Assembly (NCBI GenBank): GCA_965649765.1
Contig: OZ287756.1
Span: 29,388,001 to 29,452,000 of the forward strand
Length of the DNA: 64,000 bases
Source of the DNA: Bispira polyomma
Taxonomy: Eukaryota
Direction: 5' to 3'
A model generated the notes under the pieces. That model had not been told where the DNA came from and ran no database searches. It was given only the letters and a program-made list of their open reading frames with translations. Made by a program: the position numbers and the translations under genes. Below are positions 1 to 12,427 of the stretch, in pieces. Each line of letters begins with the position of its first letter. Position 1 is the stretch's first letter.

Positions 1-425
1 GTTATGCAAGATATTTAAACAATGTAAATGAATATAAGGGAGTCATTTAACCAATCTGTATGGACGACACACAGGCCCGTTGTTTTCTTTTACAACAAAT
101 ATTTTACCTGTACATGTATATATATAGATTGAGGCTTGTCGGGATAAATTTTAGATCTTATTAAAGGTTAATTTTAACATTTTGCCGCTGTTAACGGATG
201 CTATAGTATTGGAAGAGTCTGATATGAGTCCTTTATATACAATTGTTTGTGTCGACAAGTATATCTCAGAAGTGGTGGGAGGGTTGTCCTCTGGTTTAAT
301 GTTAATGTTTAATTAAATGATTGTATAATGATTCTGCTGTGCATTACATGGTACTTTATATATGCTTTGTGTTTTATAGTTGGTATTTTTAGATCTTTAC
401 AGTTATGGCATCATGACAGATTTTT

Positions 426-456
<31 letters not shown>

Positions 457-2176
457 GGGATTAAATTGCAAAACATGTAGGAATAAAAGAAAAATAACAA
501 TGAAATTGGTCAATATTAATTTTTTATCTGATCATCATAAGAAGATTTAATCTGTTTGGATAAAAAAATGCATTATGAAAAAACAAAAGAAAAAGTATTT
601 TAGATTAAAACAGAACAGACAAAAATATCATTTGGAAGAGTAAAATTGAAGTTTAAAAATCACCATATTGGATAATAGAAGTGTGGATGGTATAGTTTCT
701 AGTGAAATTAGCCATTAGCTATGTAACTTAGTGAAGACGTATCCAAATAACTGATTAAGTATTTGTACAGGGTTCACATAGGTCACTTGTGTGTTCATTA
801 GTCGAGGATAATATAGAGAAGTGTATTACAGTTAACCCCTTTAAATCAAACTTCAAGGAACCATGAATGATCAGAGAATCTCAAATAAAACTTTACTAGC
901 ACCTGTATGTTTGGAAACCGTTGTTTGTACTAGTAATCATGTGGGTGTAAAGTCATGGGCTAACACTATTAGCCAAATCTTATCCAGACTGTATCTAGTA
1001 AAGCAATTTTTCTGTGAAAGTACAAACTTGTGTCGGAAATATTAGGGATGTTGACGGTTAATGTTAAGGTCATATACTGACTTCTGATCAGAACTCAAAA
1101 TTTACCCACCTTTTAAATTAACTTCTGTAATCATAATGGCAAGTGACGAGTTTAGGGTTTGCTCAATAAATGGACCAATTTTTGGGCTTCTTATTATTGA
1201 GCTAGAATATATAAATATTATGAACCTGTCTAGATTTGGAAAGTATATGTATTTCAATAAAAAATGAATGAATGTGAATACAGTGACAAGGCAATCTGTG
1301 AAACCCTGCAATTCTTTTTGATTATTCTTATGGTAGTACAATGATATGTAATAGTATTGCTGTCTGTCTCGACAGCTGGTATTGTATTGTTACACAGCCA
1401 CGCTGTCCAGTATATCCCGGTATTTCCCAGTATTTCCCGCCGTCCCGGGAAATACAGTATTTCCTGGAAAATATAACAACCCTGGTATTGTGTATAGAAA
1501 TTGTATATTATGGCTAAAAATACAAACTGTGAACGAGTTTTTAGTTAATAGGACACGTGTCCAGTGATCTCAATGTTTAATTTATATGTGTATTCTGTTA
1601 TTATGTATCAATCAATTTCACGCTGCCAACGTAACATAAAAAGAAAACCGTCCATGGATATTATATGTTATTCCAGTTCCAGTGTTTTTGTATACTTTTA
1701 CTTTTTACACAAAATAAAGTCTTTGTGAAATGATATATATATATACACTCTTTTAATGACAATATTTCTGATTTGTGGAGCTTTATGTACAACACATAGC
1801 AATCCCTGTTCTCGCAACAAAACATCAAAGAAAATTTCATCCGAGTTATATTTGAAAAGACACATACATAATTGCAGTATTGAATGACAGTATTCGAGTG
1901 GCGATTTCTGTTAAGTCCCTTTTAAATCTTCGTTGACAAAATTTACTGAAATTTGTAGCTTCAATCAAATACAATTTCGTTAAGTTAGTTATAATATCTA
2001 AAACAATGACGGCCAATCATAATACAGCATATATGTTGAGTACAACATGTTTTTATTTTTTTTCTGTGGAAACTTTATGCTCAACGAAAAGCTTTAGAGT
2101 GCAAATCAAATAGAATGACTGAAAAAAGTGCTCAACATTTTACCACACCAATAAGCGTAATAATTTATCAACCAAT

Positions 2177-3586
2177 TTATTTAAACATAGGCCTGAGTTC
2201 TGCAGCTTCTACTGCCATATCTTCATCAGTTCGCCATTGTGTTTCTTTTGTATTCTTATCATGTGATTCAAGTTTTTCATAGATATCATCATTCTGCTTG
2301 AAGTCCCCTTCTCCTCTGGGTAATATGTGAACATGAACATGTTCTACAGTTTGGCCAGCTTCTTTGCCATCTTGAATACACAGTGTAGAAGAGACTTTAC
2401 CATGCACTTTCTCCAATACACTGGCCACTCTTTGCGATACAGTCCATAAATCTGAAACCTCTGGTGGAGTTAAATCACAGAATCTTTTTGCCTTTCTGAT
2501 CGGACTGACCAAAACATGGCCATGAAGTACAGGCTTTCTGTTAACAAAAGCATATGTCAGAGCTGTTCTGCAGAAAACACTTGACGACTGGACCGGATAC
2601 TGGCCAAATGTATAAACATCTTGAATGTCTATATCAAAATTCTGATGAATGTGAATATGACCATACAGATCGTGTCTTCTGTGAGCTTGAATGGGCATTT
2701 CTTCCCTTCTTCGTGCAAGATATGTTAAATCTATCTCTGCTGTAACTACACCAAGATTATCGCCACCATCTGCGAGCACTTTGCCCCATGGGTCGACTAT
2801 CAATGTGTGGCCATACGATGCCCTCTTTTGGTTATGCTGCCCAACTTGGGCCGCTGCAACTACGTAACACTGATTTTCTATGGCACGACTTCTAAGCAAT
2901 ACCTCCCAATGTGCTTTACCAGTTGGTACAGTAAATGCAGAAGGATATGTTAATATTTCGGCGCCCTGTTGAAGCAATGCAGTTGACAATTCTGGAAATC
3001 TCAAATCGTAACAAATGGCCATTCCAACCTTACCGCAAGGTGTGTCAACCGGCGGGCCGACTGTTTCACCTGGAATGGTGAAATCGGTTTCTTTCAAGGT
3101 TACACCGCCTTTAATATTCACATCAAACAAATGTGTTTTACGATAAAGTCCCTTTATTTCACCAGAATCGCTAATCATCACATGCGCGTTGTAGACACGA
3201 TTCTCTCCTTCACGCCCTCGTTCATGAAATCCACCTAGTGACAGCCACAACCTATGACTTTTTGCCAGATCTTTGTAGTACGTCATAATGTCCCCATCTA
3301 GACCTTCACTGTCTTGGACAGCTCTGCTCCTACTCTCGCTAACATAGTCAAAACATTCCGGTAAATACACAACTTTGGCACCCTGTTCTTTGGCATGTAA
3401 AATTAAGGATGTAGCCTGGTCTTTATTACTTTGTTTATCACTTGTGCTTGTCATCTGCAAAGCCGCAATGACCGTCTTTCGACCAAGGTTCCCAGTTGTC
3501 ATCATGAATCTGTTGGGCCGGAAAACTGATTTAACGAAATTTTTAACAGATAGATGTCTTTCAAATAGTGAATTCAATCTGTTCAT
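2177..3586 (-). CDS. NitFhit: NitFhit fusion protein (Nit1-type carbon-nitrogen hydrolase + Fhit diadenosine triphosphate hydrolase), single coding exon
   Basis: 469-aa ORF with the nitrilase triad motifs LPECFD (E), YRKTHLFD (K) and ICYDLRFPE (C), plus HWEVLLRSRAIENQCYVVAAAQ; C-terminal HIT domain with QDGKEAGQTVEHVHVHILPR. Confidence 0.95.
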   Translation of the reverse strand: MNRLNSLFERHLSVKNFVKSVFRPNRFMMTTGNLGRKTVIAALQMTSTSDKQSNKDQATSLILHAKEQGAKVVYLPECFDYVSESRSRAVQDSEGLDGDIMTYYKDLAKSHRLWLSLGGFHERGREGENRVYNAHVMISDSGEIKGLYRKTHLFDVNIKGGVTLKETDFTIPGETVGPPVDTPCGKVGMAICYDLRFPELSTALLQQGAEILTYPSAFTVPTGKAHWEVLLRSRAIENQCYVVAAAQVGQHNQKRASYGHTLIVDPWGKVLADGGDNLGVVTAEIDLTYLARRREEMPIQAHRRHDLYGHIHIHQNFDIDIQDVYTFGQYPVQSSSVFCRTALTYAFVNRKPVLHGHVLVSPIRKAKRFCDLTPPEVSDLWTVSQRVASVLEKVHGKVSSTLCIQDGKEAGQTVEHVHVHILPRGEGDFKQNDDIYEKLESHDKNTKETQWRTDEDMAVEAAELRPMFK

Positions 3587-4313
3587 GTCACGACTTTAAG
3601 ACGATATTTCTTGAAATTTGATTAGTCTACAAAATGCACTGAACAAAACAATTTAAAGGCGATAATATGGAATTTATGGCCTTACTAAAGTACAGTACAT
3701 ACTGAAAGTCGGATCGTCACACCTGGCCAAAATATCCATAAAATTATAAAAAATCACCTAGACATTTTTCAAAGCTTAAAACCACATAAACGCCATGTTA
3801 AATGCCAATCACAGTGTCTATAGTAACCAAATTACACTTATATTGCATAAAGATCTTGATTCAGTAGTAAAATTTGTAATACTGTGGTAAAACTCGGTTG
3901 GCAATCTATATATGTTCAAAATTTCAGGGTATGCAAGATAGTAATTATATCTTGGTGTTTACTAGTAAGAGTGACAAGACTTGACAAAATGAATCAAATT
4001 TTACAGGAGAACCATACAAGACGGCACACTGTGGACAACTGAGACAACTTCACTTTATTAATTGGTACCAGAAGCAGGGTACTCATTGTACTCTATAGGT
4101 ATCTAATAAATAGAAGACGTGAATTCAAACAAATAAAAAGAGAATCAGAAGTCTGATAAAATAAATTAATAAATACCACAAGCATAAAGCAAGCTGTGAC
4201 TCAGAAGAATAGGTCCTTGATGGGAGTCTGTGGATGTTCGCCACTGAAGTGACTGACCCAAACAATCAGGATTGCATTTGTACACCTGTTAAATTGCTGA
4301 GTTGCCCCATAGA

Positions 4314-4432
4314 TGTAATGTTGTAACGGGCACTCGGTTTTAGTATGCACCATACCCATGATCCAAGGTGTTAAATAAATAAAGGGATTCTATCTGCAAT
4401 CATCTGCTGTGTTATTATTAACAAACACTACA
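4314..4432 (+). repeat. 5' LTR (119 bp)
   Basis: TG...CA termini and AATAAA; both ends near-identical to 9546-9673. Confidence 0.9.
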
Positions 4433-4433
4433 C

Positions 4434-4449
4434 TGGCGACGAGGATGGG
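4434..4449 (+). promoter_or_regulatory. Primer binding site, tRNA-Ser(GCU) type
   Basis: TGGCGACGAGGATGGG, 1 nt after the LTR; complementary to the metazoan tRNA-Ser(GCU) 3' end ...CCCAUCCUCGUCGCCA as I recall it. Confidence 0.8.
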
Positions 4450-4564
4450 CACAAAACATTGATTGTTACATATTTGACATTAGTTTCAAGAAACTATTAA
4501 CTGCCCACGTATAATAAAGGATAATTAACACAGGTAAACATTCATTGTAAACTACGCATTTACA

Positions 4565-7500
4565 ATGGCTACAAGCATTCCATCATCGTGTACCTTCCCA
4601 TCATTTGACTATAATAGTACTGAAGGAATAAGTGTAAGATGGAGCAAATATAGTGTAAGATATAAAAACCTGATGAAGGGTTTCAATGTTACTGAACCGG
4701 CACAACTCCTTACATTATTACTACATTATGGTGGTGAAGACCTCTATGATGTGTATGAAGCGATTCCAGAGGCGGATAAATCAGCTATAATTGCAGCTGA
4801 AGGTGTAGAAGCTGTCGACGTCTTCAAGAGGGGTACACAAGCACTGACCTCGTTCTTCACTCTCAAGCAGAACACGGAATATCAAAGGTATGAGTTCCGT
4901 CAGAGTAAACAAATACCAAGTGAAAATCTGGATAAGTTTGTGACACGGCTACGTGCACTGGCCTCCACTTGTGAATTCCATGATGCGGACCGTGAAATAA
5001 ACTCCCAAGTCATTTCGGGCTGTACTTCCCAGCGACTTCGTAGGAAAGGTCTCAGTCAAAACAAATGGGGATTACTAAAACTAATTGAAGCAGGCAAAGC
5101 ATATGAACTATCTGAATTGTTGGCACTTAACATAGAGCGAACCACTGAATCAGTCCAGGTATTCAGTGTTCTTCCGAGAATCACAAACACAGACACACGT
5201 CCTGTTACAAATCACAGAAAATACGGAGAAAGCAGCACCAACACACAAAGATGTACGAGTTGCAGCAGTTGCTTTCCTCACCAAGGGGAATGCCCAGCAA
5301 AAGGAAAAACATGCTTCAATTACGGAAATGTTAATCACTTCGCCAATTCCCAAGACTGCCCAGCAAGAGGTAAAGCATGTGGAAATTGTGGTAGGTTTAA
5401 CCACATTGCAAGAAAATGCAGAATAACAAGGTCTTCAAGGGGATTTACAAGAGGCAGAGGCTCAAGGCCTTCTTACCATTGTGAACGAGTGCGAGCAATA
5501 GCTGAAGTACCTTTAAGTGACAGTGAAAGCGAAAATGACTATGCTTGGTCAGTTGGTCAGAGTGATAATTCAAATTCAAGACCAATGTTTAATGTTCTTC
5601 TGAATGAAGCAGAAATCACGGTAATGGCAGACTCTGGAGCCACAGTGAACATACTAAGTCTACAAGATTTTTCAAAAATCAAACCATCCCCGAAATTATC
5701 ACCTCATAAGAGGCCCATATTGGCTTATGACAGTGATAATCCACTGAAGATAAAAGGACAATTTGTTGGAAAACTACAATCTTCTAAAGTGGTATGTGAA
5801 TCTGTAGTAGTAGTGTGTGAAGGTTCGGATAAGTCACTGCTGAGCTGGGAGACTTCAAAACAACTCCAGCTAATTGACACTGTGAGCACACTGAGTGCCG
5901 AATCTCTGAGAATGAATAAACTTCGTGAAGAATTTTCTGACATCTTCCATGGGGTCGGAAAACTTAAAGGAATCAAGGTCAAACTACATATCGACGATAA
6001 TGTACCCCCCATTGCCCAGCATCACAGACGGTCACCCTTTCATGTCAGAGGGGACATTGAAAAACAAATGCTAGGAGATGAGGCAATGAAAATAATTGAA
6101 GATTCAACGGGCCCAACCCCATGGGTCTCAAATGTCCATGTTGTACCCAAAAGCACCCCGGGGAGCAAACGTGTTGTTGTTGACAAGCGTGCCGCAAAAA
6201 CAGCAATAAAAAGAGAACACCATGGCACACCAACTCTAACTGAAATTACACATGCTCTAAATGGAGCAAAAGTGTTTAGCAAAATAGACCTCCGTCAAGG
6301 TTATAACCAAATCGAACTTCATGAAGAATCACAATATATTACCAGATTCTCGACACACCTAGGATTAAAAAGATATCGACGCCTCTTCTTTGGCATAACT
6401 ATAGTGCATCATAAATCTTCCAGAATGAAATTAAAAAGGCGTTAGCTGGATTAAAAGGAGTACGCTCTATGTTGCTGACTCTTTTTCTGTCCCTTGATTT
6501 TGGAAATTGGATAACTGTCTTTTGTGCTGGTGCGCCTTAGAGTCCCCTTTGTTAAGGGGAGATTAAGCGCAATAAAAGTCTAATTACAATTACAATACTT
6601 AATATCAGTGCCAATATATTATGTTATGGTGATAGTGATACTGACCACTACTCCAACCTGAGGGGTCTACTGGAACGAATCCGTGAGCGAGGCCTGACAC
6701 TAAACAAAGAAAAGTGTATGTTTGATGGCAAAACCATTGAATTCTATGGACACATATTTTCAGCATCGGGTGTAGAAGCAAACAAGTCAAAGATTCAATC
6801 TATCATAGAAATATCACCACCAGAAAATCAGTCTGAAGTGAGAAGCCTGCTAGGAATGGCCAATTATTGTGGTCAGCGATTTGTTAAAAATTACGCCAGC
6901 CTTACACACCATCTCACAGAGCTGACAAAAAAGGACCGTCCATGGGAATAGTCTGAAATACGTGTTAATGAATTGAACAATTTAAAGGCTTCTCTCACCC
7001 AAATACCATCTCTTGCCTACTTTGATCCAAACCGTGAGACAGAACTTTATGTGGATGCTAGTCCTGTTGGTATATCTGGTATTCTGATACAAAAAGACAA
7101 AGATTCTGATGTTAGACAACACATATGTTTCGCGAACAGGGCGCTAACTCCAATAAAGCAGAGGTACTCACAGATCGAGAGAGAGGCCCTATCAGTAGTT
7201 TGGGCTTGTGAACATTTACACATTTACCTTTATGGGTCAGACTTCAAAATATTCACAGACCATAAACCCCTGCTGGCCCTATTAGGAAATGCCAGATCTT
7301 CACTGAGTTCAAAAATTCAAAGTTGGGCACTAAGGCTGCAGCCCCACACCTAAACAATTAAATACAAACCAGGTGATGAAAACCCTGCAGATTACCTCTC
7401 AAGACATGTCAAAACAACAGATAAGATCAATCACAGCAGCAGGGAACAAAGGCTAGCAGAATCTGTTGTTAAGTACATCACAACAACAGCCACACATAAG

Positions 7501-8937
7501 CATTTACCTATTGAAACAATCAGTAAGGCGACACGTGAGGACCCGTCAATACAAGCTGCAGTGAAAGCCATGCATTCAGGAAGATGGCATACCAACCGAC
7601 TTGAATCCGGAGGGGATACCAACTTCTATGACAGATTAATGAAACTACAAACAGAGCTATCTTTCAACATGGATGGGGGTATTCTTCTTAGAGGCAACTG
7701 CATTGTTATACCGACCTCACTACAAGACAAGGTCATACAACTAGCCCACATTAGTCACCAGGGTATGGTTAAAACAAAATTACTATTGGGGGAAAAGGTT
7801 TGATTCTGTGGAATTGATAAAAGGGTAGAATTAGTGAAAAATTGTTTCTCATGCCAGATCTCAACAGAACGACCTCAAAGAGAACCCCCTACAAATGTCT
7901 CCACCCCCAAAAGGGCCGTGGGCCGAATTGAGCATGGATTTTGGATATATTTCAGGTGTATACTTATTTCTTGTGATGGATGATTATAGCAGATACCCAT
8001 TTGTAGAAGTCATTAACTCAACGTCCGCAAAATCTGTCTTACCTAAACTGGATAACATTCTTTGATTGATGGGGATACCACAACAAATAAAGTCTGATAA
8101 TGGTCTACCATTTAATGGCGATGAGATGCGCAGCTATTCAGAGAGAACTGGATTCCACCACAGGAAAATTTCACCACTATGGCCTGAAGCAAACGGTGAA
8201 GTCGAGCGCTTCATGAAAACTGTCAAAAAAACTATCAAAGCTGCAATAGCTCAGGGCCTGAACTGGAGACAAGAGCTACTCGACTTCTTGCTGGCATACA
8301 GTGCAACCCCGCACTCCACTACAAAGGTAGCACCAGCTAAACTTCTGTTTAACACTGATATCAGAACAAAGCTACCACAGCTGATCAATGTAAAAGTGAC
8401 CAAATGGTTCGACAACAGGATGCTGCTGCCAAAGACAAAATGAAAAACTATGCGGATTCAAAACAAGATGTAATGCCTTCCCAGCTAAAGGTTGGAGACA
8501 ATGTACTTGTGAAAAGTATCGGATTAAAGAAGACGACGGCATACAATGAAAAACCACTTAAAATCATAGCAAAACAGGGAACTATGGTCACTGCCGAAAG
8601 AGGGATACAGAAGGTAACTCAAAACTCATCATTCTTTAAAGCATCTCCACGTCCACCCACTACTAGCACTGAAAGTGATCCAGAAAGTGATGATGAACCC
8701 AAGTCAAATGAGAGTAATGTTAACCCATGTGCAGCACCTGATCCCATGGCTGAATCTCCACAAGACCTGAGTTTGACCCAGGATAGATCACCACATAGCA
8801 GAAATAAACCTAAAAACCTAAAAATCGGCCGAGCCCAACAGGCCGTGTTCTTCCGCCGCGTGACCGATGACTCCCTACAAAATATGCGCAATACAAAATG
8901 TAGTTGGATGCCTTCCCGTTTATATTGGATATATTAG
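4565..8937 (+). pseudogene. Gypsy gag-pol polyprotein, broken by stops, frameshifts and an insertion
   Basis: Gag with CCHC knuckles (CGNCGRFNHIARKC); protease ADSGATVN; RT (PTPWVS, FSKIDLRQGYNQIEL); RNase H (VDASPVG, YSQIEREAL, TDHKPL); integrase (HISHQG, SDNGLPF, ANGEVER). Confidence 0.93.
6464..6596 (+). mobile_element. 5'-truncated L2-type 3' tail inserted in the Gypsy RT
   Basis: Interrupts GLKGV|LNIS just before the RT catalytic motif; carries GCGCCTTAGA...TAAGCGC, AATAAA and (ATTACA)n, like the L2 tail at about 49620. Boundaries approximate. Confidence 0.7.
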
Positions 8938-8963
8938 TGTAATTTGTGTATCATAATATGCTC

Positions 8964-9135
8964 AAGGTGTGAGCCTAGCGCCGCCTTAAAATGCACCATT
9001 ATTGGATAGCTGTTGAATCCTGAAATAAATGTGATTTTCATCATGTGCCTTGTAATATACAAAAGGTGTGAGCCTAGCGCCGCCTTAAAATACACCATTA
9101 CTGGATAGCTGTTTGATCCTGGAATAGTTGTGATT
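8964..9135 (+). repeat. Two-copy direct repeat (period about 99 bp) in the Gypsy 3' non-coding region
   Basis: AAGGTGTGAGCCTAGCGCCGCCTTAAAAT(G/A)CACCATTA.TGGATAGCTGTT occurs twice. Confidence 0.85.
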
Positions 9136-9545
9136 CTCGTCAGAATAATTTGTGTTCATACTAATTGACTCGGGTATATGGAGGGGGAACAGCACGCTCT
9201 GTGCCCTTAAAGTATTATTTTGATAGGACATTATAGTATTACTAGATTTTCATAGTAATCATGTGTTGCAGCATTATTATTATTATATTTTTTTTATTTT
9301 ATCTTAAAAGATATTTCTGGAAAATCTTGATTAAAGTATATATGTTTGGAAAGTGATGGCTTTAAGATCACTGATTATATGTTTATAGACATAATTATGC
9401 AATGACTAGATAAGACAAATAATTGGACAGTGATAGCTTTAAGTTCACTGATTTGTATTTTATTTTGTGTAGAAAGTATTTGATAGCTTGACTTTAAGGA
9501 GGGTGTTTAATATTCAGAATAGTTTTCATCTGGGGTTTGAAGGGA

Positions 9546-9673
9546 TGTAATGTTGTAACGGGTTAGGCACTCGGATGTTATTAGACGTTCTGGAATGTAT
9601 GATCCAAGGTGTTAAATAAATAAAGGGATTCTATCTGGAATCATCTGCCATGTTATTATTAACAAACACTACA
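9546..9673 (+). repeat. 3' LTR (128 bp)
   Basis: Matches the 5' LTR except for a central block; preceded by GGGGTTTGAAGGGA. Confidence 0.9.
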
Positions 9674-9867
9674 ATAACTAAAGCTACTGTGACTAGCTTG
9701 AAGGTGACATATTGTTGTCTGCTGTCATGTGGCTAAAATGTTTATTCTACACTGATCAGTTCACCAGGGCACCAAATTTACGTTGTGTGTCCACTTTGCT
9801 GTTACAAGGTAGTGTGGGTAAATTTATGTTTAGGAAGTTATGCAGGTGAAAACATCTGTAATTCTTC

Positions 9868-10422
9868 GTTGGCAAATACTAAGGTCTTGAGAAATACTCT
9901 AAAAGTGATCAGCTTCCTCCAGAGTCACAAGAGTGAAAGAAAACACTGTTGCCTCAGTACTAAGAAGCAAAGAGAAGTGGCCAAAAAGTAAGATGGAAAG
10001 GGGACAAGCTGTCAATCAACAATGATCTCATTTAAGTACAGAAGGACACCATAAAAGATCTTTTTGCATCAGCAAAGTTCCTCTACGCACTGCCCAAGAG
10101 TATCCTTGGCAGTACCTTCCAAGGTCACTCCATAGAAGTATCATGTCAAAATGATATAGTACCAACACTCACACACTTTATGCAGAAACCCGAGTTGCAA
10201 GAGCCACGCATAATGTTTATGCATACAGAATATTGGATTGGGACAAAGTGATTGAGCACTACGAGAATGATGGAGAGTGGAAAGTTACTCAAGGTTTTTC
10301 AGGATTCAGGCTTAAGCAATAAACTGGTTGTTGTATCTAGATGGCATGCTGGGAAAAACCTGGGTCCCTCGCATTTCAAGTACTTTGAAGAAGCAGCCAT
10401 GCAAGTCTATGGAGCCTCTTAG
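9868..10422 (+). pseudogene. Decayed LINE ORF1 C-terminus: L1-type CTD followed by an IMPACT/YigZ (UPF0029) domain
   Basis: Manual translation across stops and frameshifts: LANTKVLRN..SDQLPPESQE*KKTLLPQY*EAKRSGQKVRWKGDKLSINN, then GSTFQGHSIEV...RVARATHNVYAYRIL..VIEHYENDGEW/KLLKVFQDSGLSNKLVVVSRWHAGKNLGPSHFKYFEEAA...stop at 10420-10422. Confidence 0.82.
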
Positions 10423-10769
10423 GCTGACAGGTGACTGTTAAAAAGTTTTTGCTTAGGAATATGTTGGTAACTGTTGTAGACTTAGTGTTAATTATTATAG
10501 TAAGAGCTGCTTTTTTTGAAAAGTTTTTGGTAAATGCTGTATGTAATATATATTTTTTTCCGCTGGGAATAATCCTTATGTCACTTAGATTATTTGATTC
10601 AAAGCTTTTTTTTTCATTAGATTTTGGGGGATTTTGTGATCTTTATATCTTTATTTCTCTAGCAGAATACATAGAAGGTGTCTCAGTAAAGTAAAATAAC
10701 TGACCTATTATAATAATAGGTAACAGTAAAGTTAGCAATAACTGTACTATTATATTTTCTTTACACAAA

Positions 10770-11015
10770 GTCAAATTTGACCACAGCAAAAGATTACCAG
10801 CCTATAATTTTCTATAGGTTGGTTTCACATCCTAAACATCTACGACCAATAATAAGCGAGATATAGGCACTTTTAAGTTTGTCCATCTGCATTTGACCTT
10901 GAATGAGGGGCCAAAGGTCAAATCAGACCACATCAAAAGATTCCCAGGCCATGATTTCCTACAGGTTGGTTTCACATCCAAAACCTATTTGACCCAAAAT
11001 AAGCGAGATATAGAC
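10770..11015. repeat. Two diverged units (about 149 bp) of a satellite or Helentron-core-like repeat
   Basis: TCAAAT..GACCACA.CAAAAGATT.CCAG...GGTTGGTTTCACATCC...AATAAGCGAGATATAG occurs twice, with a TGACCTTG...AAGGTCA motif. Confidence 0.65.
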
Positions 11016-11403
11016 AAAAAATTTTTATTGGGTATTTGGATTAAAAACACGTACATATAGTTTCACATAGAATGATTTCCCTTACTAATGAAATTTTAAA
11101 AGTTTGTTTAGCTAAGTGTACACAACTATATAATTTCCTAGCATGTTTAATAAAAGAGTTTATACAATAGCCCATAAGTTACAATGCATAACCAATAATA
11201 TTTTAAAAAAATGAGGTAGCTAGGCCCGTAATCTTTATACTATTCGATTTTAAAGCAAATCACCCACATGCTGGAAACTAAATTTTAAGAAATCAAATAT
11301 TGTAAATGGGTTGACACTAATCAAATAAATTAAACACACCAATAAAAGGATAAACTATTAAACACAAAGAATATTTATTGCAAATAAAGATATTGGTAAT
11401 CTT

Positions 11404-11662
11404 TTTGAATTTGGATATTTAATGTCCACTATAGTACCTTTAGTTTGGTTATATTGGGAGGGATAGTTGGAACGCTGGAGGAAACACTGCATACAGTTGA
11501 TCAAGGTTCTGCACTAAAACAAGCGGTCTACAGTAAGGAACTACCACTTTTCCAACATAGACATCGACAGGAGGTGAACTCGCAACCATTCAATCTCCAG
11601 AGGTGAAAAACCAATGATTGTGAGGCGCAATGCTTGCTAACCACGAGGCCAACACGGCCCCC
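11404..11662 (-). mobile_element. tRNA-derived SINE, family A
   Basis: Reverse-complement homolog of 46834-47085. Confidence 0.85.
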
Positions 11663-11901
11663 CCCCCATATTCCTAATCTAAGAGAAAGATAAATATATC
11701 AAAGTTTTACTTATGAGTCTATTAGTATTTACCTACAATTAAAGTTTATTGTTATTTTTTCACATATCTTTTCTTTGTATTTAAGTTATTTTGTCAAAAG
11801 TTCTAATCCTGTCTACACATTGTTTATTTATTTATATCACAAACATCCAAGATATGAAAGCTTTATTAGTCTGGTTAAAACTATTTTTTGTTATATGGCA
11901 T

Positions 11902-12427
11902 TGATTGCCATATAGTGCTATTACATCTACACATGTATGTATTTACAAAACTAAAACTATTTAGTTGCTCATCTGTTGTGTTGCATGAGGGATCCTTTAT
12001 AACCATTTATGTCAGAAGGTGACCAGATTGTGGTATTATCAACTAATTGCCAAGGTCTTTAAAATTCTAGTAAGAGATTTGATGTGCTAGATTATTTAAA
12101 TAGTATCAACGCAAGTATAATATGTTTACAAGACACGCCTTGGACGAAAAAAAATGAATGGAGTGATTGCCATATAGTGCTATTACATCTACACATGTAT
12201 GTATTTACAAAACTAAAACTATTTAGTTGCTCATCTGTTGTGTTGCATGAGGGATCCTTTATAACCATTTATGTCAGAAGGTGACCAGATTGTGGTATTA
12301 TCAACTAATTGCCAAGGTCTTTAAAATTCTAGTAAGAGATTTGATGTGCTAGATTATTTAAATAGTATCAACGCAAGTATAATATGTTTACAAGACACGC
12401 CTTGGACGAAAAAAAATGAATGGAGTG
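11902..12427. repeat. Perfect 262-bp tandem duplication
   Basis: 11902-12163 is repeated at 12164-12425 with no visible mismatch; ORFs at 12084 and 12346 start identically. Confidence 0.95.

Larger units (their letters stand above)
4314..9673 (+). mobile_element. Gypsy/Ty3 LTR retrotransposon, full length but decayed (short-LTR, Mag-like)
   Basis: Direct LTRs TGTAATG...CTACA at 4314-4432 and 9546-9673; PBS at 4434; purine-rich tract before the 3' LTR; domain order gag-PR-RT-RH-IN. TSD is only partial (ATAGA/ATAAC). Confidence 0.95.

Noticed and set aside
420-459. Poly-T/poly-G tract and other long G/C homopolymers (about 25940, 61254, 63498, 63621) as G-quadruplex elements
   Set aside because: These are simple homopolymers with no supporting context, and their lengths are unreliable in assemblies.
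863-1567. Short ORFs here and most other 60-100 aa ORFs in the track
   Set aside because: No recognisable motifs or splice-consistent structure; many are antisense or alternative frames of real CDSs and repeats.
8404-8937. env-like or extra ORF in the Gypsy element
   Set aside because: It reads as the frameshifted integrase C-terminus (LKVGDNVLVK) plus a low-complexity tail; there is no signal peptide or transmembrane segment.
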